Source of the DNA: Diplonema japonicum
Lineage: Eukaryota > Protista > Euglenozoa: Diplonemea
Reading direction: 5' to 3'
Assembly (NCBI GenBank): GCA_964019335.1
Contig: OZ025664.1
Span: forward strand, 697,524 to 761,523
Length of the DNA stretch: 64,000 nucleotides
Under the pieces are notes generated by a model. The model ran no database searches, was not told the origin of the DNA, and was given only the letters and a program-made list of their open reading frames with translations. The position numbers were made by a program, and so were the translations under genes. Shown here piece after piece: positions 11,337 through 23,288 of the stretch. How positions within the stretch are numbered: position 1 is the stretch's first letter; each line of letters opens with the position of its first letter.

Positions 11337-13106
11337 ATGTCGGGGCAGCTTGAAGCAAGTGACCCTCCCGAGCCACCTACTTCGCCGCCGGTCTATGACA
11401 CTACACAGCTACCGTCTTTGGTGAAGCCTAGGTCTTTTGACAGTGATTCATGCTCATCTGGTGTATCGCATCACACAGTGTCCGATAGCGAGCCCCCCTC
11501 CCCTCCTCCGGGCATCATGTCTCCAGTGGCTGTGACTGAGCAGCAAGAAAGTGTGACGCCTGAACCCCAGAGAGGCGTGAAGCCAGAGACACCAGATTCG
11601 TCGCCCCCACCACCACCACCACCACCACCAGGTGCGAGTGAAAGCCCACATAACTCTTTGCGGGAACCAACCAACACTCTGAATGTGGACTCCAGCATAG
11701 CATCTCCGGGGGTAGTACAATCCCCTGGGGGGACGGATAATGGTGCTAAGGTTGAACTTGAGGCCTCACAAGAGCCTGTGCGAAAGGCCGCTCTAGAGGT
11801 AGAAACGGAAGAAGCACAGCAGGTGCAAGATCCAATTCTATCCATGGAACTCCCGCTGCCGCCAGTGAGGCAAGTAACACCGTCACCACGCGTCTCTGAC
11901 CCTGGTCGCATATCCCAACCCAGCCGAGCACCTAGTTCCCACGCGAGCCTCGCATCTAACCCAAGCCCGGCATCCAACGCCAGTCCTGCGTCCAACCCTT
12001 TCCGGGTACCTGACCCCAGTCCAGCATCCAGCCCTGTATTCGGTGAGTCACAGCAACACGCTGTAGACCTGCGAGCTCCTGGTGTTGCACCTAGCTACAC
12101 CCCGATGGGCATTGTAGACCCCCCTGCGCTGGCGTCTCCTCCTGTACGTGCTCAGCCAGCACAACCAGCTGCGCCTGCTGAGCCAATTGTCGGGACTCTG
12201 CCGTCAGAGCAGCAGCTGCACAGCCTCGGGAAGAAGATATCTAGGCAGAGCATTTCTTCTGATGGTGTACGTCATGTGCAGAACTTGCTGACATCTCTGA
12301 AGGCAAGGGGAAAGCCTGTGTCTGTTGCACCAGAGGCGCAGGTGAGGGAAGGAGGAGGCGATGCTATTTTAAAGCTGCTTGCACCTGAAGAAGACATGGG
12401 GCGGGCTGTAATTGTGCAAAGCGAAGTTAAGATGCGAGAGAGCTTGCTTTGTACAGTATTTGGCAGCGGAAGCCGAGCGAGCTGCAACATGTCACCTGAA
12501 GAGAAAAAGAGGAAACTGGAACGCAAACGGGACAAAAAAATACAAAAGCTTAAAACACTGCGGCAAGCTGAGATTCACCGTGCTTGGCAGCAAGGGCGCA
12601 GGGAGCCATGTGATGTGACGGAGGTTGAGCGAGAAGAGGAAAGCAAGCGAGTGATGGAGGCAAATAAACTTACTAAGTCTTTGAGGCAACATTTCAAAGG
12701 ATGTTCGCCCCCCTTTGCTTGCAACGTACATGACTTGTGGAACCGGGGTATCATCGTGCCGCCTGAGGAGCAGCCGCACACGCCGGAGAACCCTATTGCC
12801 TCGGACAAGGCGTATCACGAACTGGCGGCAGGATTGCGGAGATCGTACTGGCAGCAGCGAGTAGACAGGGAGCAGGAGTGCAGGGAGGAAGAGTTTAAGT
12901 CGTCGCTGTCTAGCAAGCCCACTCGGGGGGACGGGCTGCCGTACCTCAGCAAGACCAACCCTACTACATCCGCCTCTCAAACACCCACCAGCTTCGGTTC
13001 CATCGTAGAAAGGTTTGAGTACGAACTGGAACATGGCCCCACAGATGACTGTGACCCCAGAACAGCCGTCTCACGGTGGAAGGACACCCGACAACCCTGG
13101 AAATAG
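11337..13106 (+). CDS. Pro/Ser-rich hypothetical protein
   Basis: 589-aa ORF, ATG shortly after a CAG; low complexity, no recognised domain. Confidence 0.65.
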   Translation: MSGQLEASDPPEPPTSPPVYDTTQLPSLVKPRSFDSDSCSSGVSHHTVSDSEPPSPPPGIMSPVAVTEQQESVTPEPQRGVKPETPDSSPPPPPPPPPGASESPHNSLREPTNTLNVDSSIASPGVVQSPGGTDNGAKVELEASQEPVRKAALEVETEEAQQVQDPILSMELPLPPVRQVTPSPRVSDPGRISQPSRAPSSHASLASNPSPASNASPASNPFRVPDPSPASSPVFGESQQHAVDLRAPGVAPSYTPMGIVDPPALASPPVRAQPAQPAAPAEPIVGTLPSEQQLHSLGKKISRQSISSDGVRHVQNLLTSLKARGKPVSVAPEAQVREGGGDAILKLLAPEEDMGRAVIVQSEVKMRESLLCTVFGSGSRASCNMSPEEKKRKLERKRDKKIQKLKTLRQAEIHRAWQQGRREPCDVTEVEREEESKRVMEANKLTKSLRQHFKGCSPPFACNVHDLWNRGIIVPPEEQPHTPENPIASDKAYHELAAGLRRSYWQQRVDREQECREEEFKSSLSSKPTRGDGLPYLSKTNPTTSASQTPTSFGSIVERFEYELEHGPTDDCDPRTAVSRWKDTRQPWK

Positions 13107-13172
13107 AGTATTAGAACTTGCCCCCCCATCTTACATTTCTATCCCCACCACCCAAACCTTACAGGAAACGAG

Positions 13173-15104
13173 ATGGCGGAGCTAAAGCTCGTCTTATGCG
13201 GTGACAAATGGCCTGCCCAGGAGAAATTGAGCAACAACCTCATCTTAAAGGTTCCAGCTGAGAAGCCGTTGGAGGACAGCTCAGTTGGGATTCGCCAGCT
13301 GTTGAAAGAGGACTCGCTCTCGAAGTACGATTTCCACAAGGGAAAGGGCAAGCCGCCTAATGTGATACCAGGAGCTAAGGTATCTTTGCAAAAAACTCCA
13401 AAGGAGATTGGTGACAAGGGAGGACTAGTAGTGCTGTATATCAAAGAGAAGGAAGACAAGAAGAAGGAAAAGCTCTCGGACACTGTGAAGCTGCTTCTAT
13501 GCGGAGAGGAGTGGAAGTCAATGACAAAGCTCAGCGACAACATCATCGTGCAATGCAAGAGGAGCGAAAAGCTTGAGACGGTTTTGCCGCTCATATTACG
13601 CGAGCTGAAGCTGTCGTCGTTTGATGACTACGAAATGTGCAAAGGAAGGGGGAAGGCTCCTGACGTCACGCCAGGTGCAGTTGTGCAGTTGTCAAGGACA
13701 CCAGACAGCTTGGGATTGAGCGGTGCGGCGTTGCTGTACGTTAGGAAGGTGAAGGTTGAAGTAAAAGAGGAGAAGAAAGAGGAAAAAGTACAAGAGCACC
13801 GCACAATCTACCAGCTGGGTGCCAGAGTTGATGTTCTTGACCCAGACAATGGCGAGTGGCTGCCTGGAAGCGTGACCTGCGTCCGTGAGGACGGCACATA
13901 CGACGTTACCTACGACAAGGGCAGCTCTGACAAGTACGTAGAGTCGGACGACCTGCGTCCTGGGAAGGTATGCATTCTGCTTTCTCGCACCGATACAAGG
14001 AGCTTCCCAAGACTGAGGCAGCACCGAAGAAGGTCTCGGTAGATGACCAACGGAAAGCGTTGAAGGCTCTCCTCGACGAGTTTCCCAACAAGAGCGTCCC
14101 CGAGGTGGGCGGCGTGTTGAAGAGCAAGGGCTTCGACGTCGAGGTATGCTGCGCACAGCACAAAACTCAATACAGGAAGCACGCAAATTACTGAAAGCGA
14201 CAGAACCTGAAGAAGAGGAAAAACCGGAGAAGAAGAAGAAAGTGATCAAGCCCATCGTGCTGGAAAAGTACACAATCAATCTGAGTTCGCCGACAGAGTC
14301 GCTTGGCCTGGAATTCCACACTATCTCGAACAAGGTGTTTATCGACCTCGTTGTTGAGGACCATCCCTTCGCGAGGGCGAAGGTGCCGACGGACTGCATC
14401 CTTATGAAAATGAACAACGAATTTGTGAAGGACAAAGCAGGCATTCTGACCGTGCTAGGGAACATCAGAAAAGATGGTATCATGCAGTTTGACATTGAAG
14501 TCGACACAAGACCAGAGGCGAAGATCTGGTTATACGCCCCTGTAGATGTGTGCTTCGACAGGGAGTGGGAGCGGGGGATCGTGGTGGCACTCAACGACGA
14601 TGAGACATTTGACGTGAAGATGGTGGAGGACGGGGAGACGGAACACAGTGTCGAGTACCAAGACATCAGGATAAGAACTGGGGACATCAAGGAAGCCAAC
14701 GACGCGGCAGAGGGGCTGAAGGATGCCCCCCCTACGAACCCACCCTCAACAATGCCTGACCACGAAGGCATCGTGAAGAAGCAAGGTGCTGACGTGGTGG
14801 GGCTTTACAAACTTCGCCGTTTTGCCTTGTACGGTACCGCACTGTATTACTTCCACCCAAACAAGCCCAAGCCTCTTGGTGTCCTTGACCTCAGGCAGTC
14901 TATCGTTGTCAGTGATGTTAAGAAAGGACAGGTATACAGTCATTCAACACAGCTCATCATCACCTACAGGACTGGTTCGCTATCGGCGGCAAGAGGCTTG
15001 ACCGAGTCTACAACTTCATTGCCGGCTCAACAGAAGAGAAGGATGATTGGCTGGTGGCTTTCCAGGAGGCCGGCAGCATCATCAAACGAAAGAACGAAGA
15101 GTAG
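13173..15104 (+). CDS. Multidomain adaptor: 2x ubiquitin-like repeat, Tudor-like, CUE, PDZ, Tudor-like, PH; 4 exons
   Basis: Introns 13968-13999, 14144-14175 and 14932-14969 join the frames; CUE-like LLDEFPNKSVPEVGGVLKSKGFDVEEARKLL; PH from HEGIVKKQG...YKLRRFALYG to EEKDDWLVAF; stop at 15102-15104. Confidence 0.75.
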
Positions 15105-15396
15105 CTTTGCTTACGTGAGGTGCACCCTCAAACAAAACAAGAATCGAAATGAAACCCGTCTCTTCAGTGGCATTCACAACCAGGTGTCGAATGCAGACAT
15201 TGTTTCAGGGTCGAATCACAACGGACGTCATAGCAGTAGTAGTAGTGAACAGGTGCCAGACCTGCTCCACCTTCCTATGGGATCTTTTTTGATTGTCTGT
15301 GAAGGCATAGTGTAGTGCGCGGTATTGTTGCACCGCGTTGTATCCGTCCCGCTTTTTAAATGGAATGCCGACAAAGCAACGCACACAGGATACACA

Positions 15397-18300
15397 ATGG
15401 ACAGCAGTGAGCCCAGCCCAACGGACTATGCGGCTGAGGTTCAATCCGCCCATGAGCTTGTTAGCCACCGTGATGAGCTGCTGTCGAATTCTACTTTCAA
15501 GCCAGACAAGCTATCCACTGGTGCTCTGCTTCTCTCAAAATTACGCAACTTGCTCGTCGCTTTGAAAGTCTTGAAGCCCGACGTGCCGCAAGAGCGCACG
15601 GTCGATATCGGTGTCAGAACGGAAGCAGGATGGTATGCCATCGAACACACTAGCACCCCACACGCAGCTTCCCTGCGAACGTTGTTCGCAATCAGAAATT
15701 CTCTGTGTTCAGCTTCCTTCCGCTCTCGCTCTATGAGCAGTTCCGTTACTTCTTCAACATGTATTTCCTGCTGGTGGCTTTATCGCAGTTTTACCCCCCT
15801 CTTCAGGTATATTGCTAACATTTGTACACACACGCACGCACACACACACACACACAGGTCGGCTTCTTGTTCACCTACATCGCGCCACTCGTTTTCGTCG
15901 TTGCCATCGCGTTGCTCAAAGAAGCTTACGATGACTTCCAGAGATTCATGCGGGATAATGAAGCGAACGGAGAGAAGTACGAAGCGTACCTTGGCAAGGG
16001 GAAGTGGGGACGCATTGCGAGCAAGGACATCACTGTGGGGATGGTGCTGCGACTCAAGCCTAACACGAGAGTGCCTTCGGATTGCATTCTGCTGAAGACA
16101 TCAGAAAAAGATGGGTCTTTTGTTCGAACGGACCAGCTGGACGGCGAGACCGACTGGAAGCTCCGTATCCCAGTCACCGCCACGCAGTCCATGAAGGACG
16201 AGGTTATCGTGAACGGCAGTATCAAGCTTTGGGCACAGGAACCACACGAATACATCTACGAGTTCGTAGGCAAGGTGCTGCACGAGGGCGAGTCTCACGA
16301 GGATGCAGACCCCCTCTCTCTGGAAAACACACTGTGGGCAAACTGCGTGCTGGCGACGGGGACCGCATTGGTGTGTGTGATCTACACCGGGAAAGAAACT
16401 AGATCAGCCATGAACGCCAACCAACCCAGTACCAAGGCAGGCCTCATCGATCTAGAACTGAACTTTCTTTCTAAACTGCTCTTCGTGATCACTCTCTTTC
16501 TGGCCCTCGTGATGGTTGCCTTCCAGCGTTTTGCTGGGGAGTGGTATATTTCATTTTTTCGCTATGTCCTGCTGTTCTCTTCCATTATCCCTATCTCTCT
16601 CCGTGTGAATCTCGACATGGGGAAGGCCGTGTACTCCTTCTTCATTATGCGAGATGACCAAATGCAGGGTGTCATGGTGAGAAACAGTAACCTGCCCGAA
16701 GAGCTGGGGAGGATTGGGTACTTGTTTTCTGACAAAACAGGGACGCTCACGAAAAACGAGATGGTGTTCAGGAAGCTCTTCACAGGGTCTGACGTTCCTA
16801 AAGGATGGCTACACACGGACAAGGAAGATATGGAGACGACAATCGACGCCAGTTTCAGTCAGAGTACTGTCAGTCCGAACTCGTCAAGCGGCAGCCTTCC
16901 AAGGGAGGAGACAGACTACGACTTCACTAGGGCTGCTTCTTCTAAGCAGATGGACGACCTGATCAGTGCAGTCACTGCTCTCGCGGTGGCACACAATGTA
17001 ACGCCTGTTATTGATCCGGACAGTGGGACTCGCGAGTACCAAGCTTCGTCACCTGATGAGGTGGCTCTGGTGAAGTTCTGCGAGTCCATTGGTGTCATCC
17101 TTGAGTACCGCGACCGTAGGTGCATGTCTTTAAGGAGCAGGCACAAGCACGCCACATTGACAGATTTAGTGAAACTGGAAAAGGACAATTTCGGCTACAA
17201 GTTGGTAGGCTCGGAGGATCCTAACGAGGAGCACATTGGGTGGTACGTCGTGCAGGCAGACAACAAGCCGTACAACGAGGAAATCGACATCAACAGCATG
17301 ATCAAGCTGAAGATGGGGGGCCTCAACGTTAAGGTAGAGAAGCGCATCAACTACGACATCTTGATCGAGTTCCCTTTTACATCCGAGTCCAGGCGCATGG
17401 GGATCATCGTAAGGAACATGGAGACCAAGGCCATCCACCTCTTCATGAAAGGCGCTGATACAAAGATGGCTGAAATTGTGAAGCCTTCTCTCTGGCTTGA
17501 GGAAGAATGTACTAACCTTGCACGCGAGGGTCTGCGAACGCTTGTCTTCGGTGCTAAGAAGATTTCAGATGAAGAGTTCGAGTCTTTTAGCGCACTGCAC
17601 AAGCAAGCGCTGAAGTCCAGGGACCCTAAGAAAGAGGTGGAGCAGATCCGCTTGCAGATCGAGGAAGACTTGGAGCTCATCGGGATGACGGGCGTAGAGG
17701 ACAAGTTACAGGACGATGTTGCGAAGACCTTGGAGCACCTCAGGAAGGCGGGGATTAGGGTGTGGATGTTAACAGGCGACAAGGTGGAGACGGCTACATG
17801 CATCGCTAGGAGTACGAGGCTTGTTGCAAAGGACGGTGGGATCTTCCCTTTCGATTGCGTAGGCGACAGGTACGAGTCACTGTGGGAACGCGAGGACGGG
17901 AGGGATGGGTGGCGCCCTGGGAAGATCGTCACAACCGAAGAACTGGCGCTCGACTTCTTGAGCTCATTCGAAAGATATGTGTCGAGCGGGAGCAGGATGG
18001 GCGGCGTCACAATGGTCATTGACGGCAAGTCCCTCGAGAAGCTCATCCTCTGTGAGGTGGAGTTCGTTGAGGCATCAGGCAAAGCGGCGTCGGTGGTAGT
18101 GGCGAGGTGCAGTCCAACGCAGAAGGCGGACATCGTGGAGATTATGAAGAAGAACATAAAGGGAAATCTGCGCACTGCGTCTATTGGTGATGGTGGCAAC
18201 GACGTGAGCATGATTCTTGCAGCCCATGTAGGTTTGGGTATCGAGGGCAAAGAGGGAAAACACGCCAGCCTTGCAGCTGACTACTCGCTTACAAAATTCT

Positions 18301-19079
18301 GCCACTGCTTGAGGCTTATCACGTGGCACGGAAGGAATTCTTACAAACGGTCAGCGAGGCTCAGCCAGTTCGTTATCCACAGGGGTCTTATTATATCCTT
18401 CATCCAAGCGGTGTTCTCAGCCCTCTTCTACTTCATGTCTGTGCCTATCTACACAGGGTGGCTTCTTGTGGGATACAGCACTGTGTACACAATGGTGCCT
18501 GTGTTCGCAATGGTGCTTGATGAGGATGCCACCGAGGAAGCTGTTATGGAGTTCCCAGAGTTGTACAAAGAGCTGCACAAGTCGCGTGCTTTGAACCTAC
18601 GGACGTTCTTGCAGTGGGTGTTCAAGGCAGTGTACCAAGGCGGGGTCATTATGTTGCTGGCGATGTACTTCTTCGAGTCGCAGTTCCTGCGCATTGTGAC
18701 AATCACCTTCACTGCGCTCATCATGACAGAGCTCATCACCGTGTGGTTCGAGATGCACAAGATCACGTGGCTCTTCGTGGCCGCCGAGCTTTTCAGTTTC
18801 TTCGTGTACGCGATATCCTTCTTCTTCTTAGAAGAGCTCGACAGTGATTATGTGAGCTCGAGTTCCTTCTGGTGGAAGACCACCGTCATCACCGTTGCCG
18901 CCTGCTTCCCCGTCACTGCTGCGAAGGTTGTGGAGCGTGGCTGCTGCGAACCATCGTCCTCGAAGCTAAAAGAAGACACCGACCCCTGGATCTTCAAGAC
19001 AATTATTGTAGTATCGGCGTGGCTGACGTCCAAGCGCACCGAACCAGATGTCCCCTCTGCTGCCGTCCCCTTGCTCTAA
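15397..19079 (+). CDS. NEO1: P4-ATPase phospholipid flippase, Neo1/ATP9 subfamily; 3 exons
   Basis: LDGETDWK, FSDKTGTLT, SPDEVALV, WMLTGDK, IGDGGNDVSMI; introns 15633-15667 and 15807-15857 restore FPANVVRNQKF...LYEQFRYFFNMYFL. Confidence 0.92.
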
Positions 19080-19286
19080 GGTGTAATACCATATTTCAAT
19101 TCGAGCAAAGTGGCCCTTATGTACTGACCTCTGAATACAGTACCTGACCACTTGCTTTGTTTCCATCATTCCGATTCTGACGGCGTGCTATGTTAGTGTT
19201 TCGTTTCCTTTTCAATTCCTTTTTGTCGTTCCCCTTATTTGTGTACGCTATCTCTGAGGCAGCAAAGGTAGAAATAAAAAGAAATC

Positions 19287-20258
19287 ATGGTAGTGGAGAA
19301 GAAGAAGAAGCCAAGCACAACGGTGCTGATAAACATCGATGTAGTGCTGTACGAGAGAGGGAAGCCGGAGACGCAGCTGCAACTGAGTGCGGTTAAGGGG
19401 TTAACTGTGTTGGGGTGCTGGGAGAAGGCGGTGGAGTTGATTGAGACAGGGTTGGGGTGGGCGGTGCCAAATTTGGAATTTAGATTCTCGGACAAAAGTG
19501 GTATTTTCCACGAAAAGCAGATGGCAGCAGGCGACACAATTGTGACGCACTTGAGAGAGCAAAAGGGCATGCGGCTAGTACTGGCTCTCAACGATCACTA
19601 CCTGATGTCGGAGGCGATGGTTGCGGATGAGGGCACACAACGGGAGACGATCGCCGCCTACCAGATGCACGAGTCGAGGCTACTCGCAAGAGCAACAGAA
19701 ACGTCCTGCCTCAAAGCAAAATTCAATGAAGACGTGCGTGTCACCTTCAACAGGAGGTCCATAGAGGTTGTCGACCTAGAGCGGACTGAGCGAGCGCGTG
19801 TAGTGGCCGAAGAGCGTAGCATGATAGAAGGTTTGATGTCTTGCTTCCGCACTGAGCTGAGCAAGCACATCGTGCAGTACACGAACAACGCTAAGAGGAT
19901 ATCAGCGCTGCGAAGAAAGCTGGACGAGGATTTAAAAGAAGCAAAGAAGCATTGTAATGACTCCCATCTCCAGTACAAAGTGCGTGAGGTGCCTGCGCCC
20001 TACGCACCTTCCTTATGGGCCTCCACTCTACCGCAGGCAAGTGACTTGCTCATCACTTCCTTCACAAAACGGGAGACCGGCAAACCCTACAAACGGGGCG
20101 CTCCTGACGGCCTCATGAAGTGCTCCGTTGAGACGCCCCATACCTCCCTGCGCGGCATTCCTCTCCCAGTCCCAAAAGGCTTCCTCTCCGGCATTGACAG
20201 GGGTGCCTTCCACCAGCTCGTTTCCAGACTCCACAATGATGCTTATGTTATTAAATGA
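19287..20258 (+). CDS. Hypothetical protein with central coiled coil
   Basis: 323-aa ORF on the cluster strand. Confidence 0.6.
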   Translation: MVVEKKKKPSTTVLINIDVVLYERGKPETQLQLSAVKGLTVLGCWEKAVELIETGLGWAVPNLEFRFSDKSGIFHEKQMAAGDTIVTHLREQKGMRLVLALNDHYLMSEAMVADEGTQRETIAAYQMHESRLLARATETSCLKAKFNEDVRVTFNRRSIEVVDLERTERARVVAEERSMIEGLMSCFRTELSKHIVQYTNNAKRISALRRKLDEDLKEAKKHCNDSHLQYKVREVPAPYAPSLWASTLPQASDLLITSFTKRETGKPYKRGAPDGLMKCSVETPHTSLRGIPLPVPKGFLSGIDRGAFHQLVSRLHNDAYVIK

Positions 20259-20415
20259 TGTTATTTCTCACCAAGGTTCTGCATTCCTGCAGCGCTGTCC
20301 TGATTTGAAAAGAAGGTGCTATGTGGTTGTGAAAGAATTCTTCCACGTGGCATCCCCGTGCTTTAAGGTTATATAATTTGCAGCTTTCTACTTTGTCATA
20401 TTTCAACAGGTGTCG

Positions 20416-21996
20416 ATGGGAGGGCCGAATGAGCCCTTCAAGGCTTTTTTGGGCATCAAAATCTTTGGCTACAGATGGGTTAACAAGGTCACCACGAAGG
20501 AGAGGCTTATGCGGCAGCTGCGGGTACTCGTAGTGAGCAAAACTCAGCTCGCAATGGTAAGCACTGACGGCACAGTACGGAGGAGGATAAGGCTGGCAGA
20601 GTTACAGACTATCAACATCAAAAGAGAAGGCGCCTGCTTCATGCCTATTTCAAAGAGCAATGATGCCCCCATGAACGTGATCTGGTCGGAGAAAAAGACA
20701 AGCGACCCTCCTATGATGGAGGAATTCCTGCGGAATGTCATCACCCTGTCACGCATCAATGGAGGTGTCCCCACTGTCGTCCACGTCAGGGAAGGTGACA
20801 CCATGCTGCGCAACGTGCCAATTAACGCCCAGTCTTGCGTGGCTCCAGGCCCCGAACCCTCTCCTGTCCCTATCCCTGGCACTGTTTCATCCTTTGCATC
20901 AGCTCCTCTCCCATCGGCGACCCATGGTCATCCTGCCGGTCCTAGTTCCCAGATGGCACCCTTCCGCTCCCCCGTCCATCCTGCCCATGCCCCTGAGACA
21001 GCCCCACCATCTGGTACTAATCCAGCTGCCCCTGCAGCTCCAGCACCTGTCGCTACCACTGCCGCTGATTTTGCGCCAGTGCGTACCTCGAACACCCCAA
21101 GCACGGTAGCTCCACCAGTTCCTCCTCCTCCTCCTCCTCCTCCTCCTCCTCCTCCTGTGCATACGCAAGAAGCTAAGAAGGCTCAGGAAGTAACGGCACC
21201 CGACCCGCAGATGTTGGAAGTCTGCATCCCCCGAAACAACAGCGAGAGCCTCGGTGTCGAGTTCAACAACAACCTTGAGGTGGTGCGAGTCATCCCGGGA
21301 TCGCCTGCGGAAAGGGCGGGGCTACAGGGACACTTGCACCGCCGGATACAGATGGTTGCAGGCAAGCGGGTGGACTCTATTGAAGATTTGAAAGGAATGC
21401 CGCTGGGGACAGTGACACTGGGATTGGGCCCTACCAGGGAGGAACAAACGGAAGAAGAGAAAAGTAATATCGCTGAGCAAAAGCGACTGGAATCAGAACA
21501 TAAAAAGAAACAAGCACAGCTGCACCGAGAACAGGGTGTAGGGGAGAAACATAGCCCATCTAATAAAGAAGAAGACAAAAAGGGATCTATCAAGGCGGAG
21601 AGCCTTCCGGACGAGGGGCATGCGGTGGAGAGAAGGAGCCACCAGAGCGACAAGCAGGGGTGCGAGCAAGTAACGAAAAGGAGTACACGGTCATCCGGTG
21701 AAGGCTTTGATGATATGTTGCTGTCTGCAAGGCACCTCAGCTCGCGGGTCCTGCCAGTCACAAGCCCCCACTCGAGCCCCGGTCTGGTCGCTGACACTGC
21801 CATCACAGAGCTGCGGCAAGAGATTGCCCACCTCAAGAGGCGTTGCAACGCCCTTCAAACCCAGCTGCCTACCGACCAGGTGTACTCGCCTCTTCACAAA
21901 GGCCACGTGTTCATCCCTACTAGCTGGGGGCAGAGCGTGGGCTTGGGGCGCTCCTTGGCTTTTCATTACAGCGATGATGAGTGGTGTGAGTTGTGA
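20416..21996 (+). CDS. Protein with PH-like N-terminus, polyproline tract and PDZ domain
   Basis: PDZ: IPRNNSESLGVEFNNNLEVVRVIPGSPAERAGL; (CCT)n polyproline at about 21121-21156. Confidence 0.65.
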   Translation: MGGPNEPFKAFLGIKIFGYRWVNKVTTKERLMRQLRVLVVSKTQLAMVSTDGTVRRRIRLAELQTINIKREGACFMPISKSNDAPMNVIWSEKKTSDPPMMEEFLRNVITLSRINGGVPTVVHVREGDTMLRNVPINAQSCVAPGPEPSPVPIPGTVSSFASAPLPSATHGHPAGPSSQMAPFRSPVHPAHAPETAPPSGTNPAAPAAPAPVATTAADFAPVRTSNTPSTVAPPVPPPPPPPPPPPPVHTQEAKKAQEVTAPDPQMLEVCIPRNNSESLGVEFNNNLEVVRVIPGSPAERAGLQGHLHRRIQMVAGKRVDSIEDLKGMPLGTVTLGLGPTREEQTEEEKSNIAEQKRLESEHKKKQAQLHREQGVGEKHSPSNKEEDKKGSIKAESLPDEGHAVERRSHQSDKQGCEQVTKRSTRSSGEGFDDMLLSARHLSSRVLPVTSPHSSPGLVADTAITELRQEIAHLKRRCNALQTQLPTDQVYSPLHKGHVFIPTSWGQSVGLGRSLAFHYSDDEWCEL

Positions 21997-22215
21997 TTTA
22001 CAAAAAGAGGAAGCCATTAAGAGATTTTTTTTTGTTTGTATGTTAACTTTTACTTACGCTGTTGTTTTGATACACCACAAGAGGCCGCCCTCAAGTGGGA
22101 TTGTCTTTTTTTTTTACTTTGAGCTTGATGTTGCAAGAAAAAGAAAAGGAGGAAAAAGAAAAAAACGACAAAACAAAAGGTTTCCCCCACATCACATTAA
22201 CAAGAAGCGAGAAGA

Positions 22216-22818
22216 ATGACTGTGACCCCTGCGATCAGATGCAAGGACAGCATCAACGTCTACAGCAGCACGAAGGACTTGCCGGTTCTCGTGGAGAAGA
22301 TCACGAGTTTGTTGGAGTGCCTGTGCAAGATGCACGACAGCGAAGGGTATGAAAGCGTGTTTGACTGTGCGAAAGTGCCTGTGATAGGGATCAAGGACTA
22401 CATCATGCGGTTGTGCTTAAAGGGAGGGTGCACCACGTCTGCACTGATAACGATGGTGGTATACATTGACAGACTTTTCAGGGTGGGAAAGGTGCGTGTT
22501 ACAAGGTACAACGTGCACAGGGTTGTGCTGGTTACCTTCGTGGCTGCCATTAAGAGCTACAGTGATGCATTCTACAGTAATAAGTACTACTGTGTGGTAG
22601 GAGGCGTGCAGCTTCGCGAACTCAACAAAATGGAGGCTGCCTTCCTCACCCTTGTCAACTGGAACCTCCTTGTGGACACAGAGTTTCCAATCTACCAGCT
22701 TCATTTCAAGACTCGCCTTGAACGTGTTCCCCCCAAGCCCCAACCGCGGGCCCTTCCTGCACCCCCTGTCGCGCAAGGCCACCTTAGATGCCCGCCCGTC
22801 CTGCCCCCCATCCATTGA
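22216..22818 (+). CDS. PHO80/cyclin-P(U)-type cyclin
   Basis: VPVIGIKDYIMRL, MVVYIDRL, NVHRVVL, AIKSYSDAFYSNKYYCVVGGVQLRELNKMEAAFL. Confidence 0.88.
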   Translation: MTVTPAIRCKDSINVYSSTKDLPVLVEKITSLLECLCKMHDSEGYESVFDCAKVPVIGIKDYIMRLCLKGGCTTSALITMVVYIDRLFRVGKVRVTRYNVHRVVLVTFVAAIKSYSDAFYSNKYYCVVGGVQLRELNKMEAAFLTLVNWNLLVDTEFPIYQLHFKTRLERVPPKPQPRALPAPPVAQGHLRCPPVLPPIH

Positions 22819-23288
22819 TTGGTAAGGGGTCCGGCCTTTTTTCTCTTTCCTTTCTCTTTTTTTTTTACCGAACAACAGAAAATTGCGAACTTATAAGAAA
22901 GAATTTTTTTTTTTTTTTTTGGTGCAAGTAGAAGATGAGAACAAGGGCGTCTCACTACGACTCCCTTAACTCATAAAAAAAAATATATATATATATGGGT
23001 CGATTTCAAACCCCCCCCCCCAAAATGAGGCCAATTGACACTTTCGTTGCATCTTTGGGCATGCCGCCCCCTTTAAAAAAAATTCTCCATATTTCCCGGC
23101 CCATATTAGGAAAGAACCCGGGTCAGAAATCGCTCAAGGGTGCTATTTTGACCTATGAAAAATTCAGTTTTAGGGTAAAAATCGGGTTTTAGCGGTTTTG
23201 GTAAAGTCAGAGATTCTGCTTCCAATAGCAAGAAATAGCGGAACTCACTGCTAGAAGGTGGCTGAAATGATGTTGAAGGTGGAAACCT

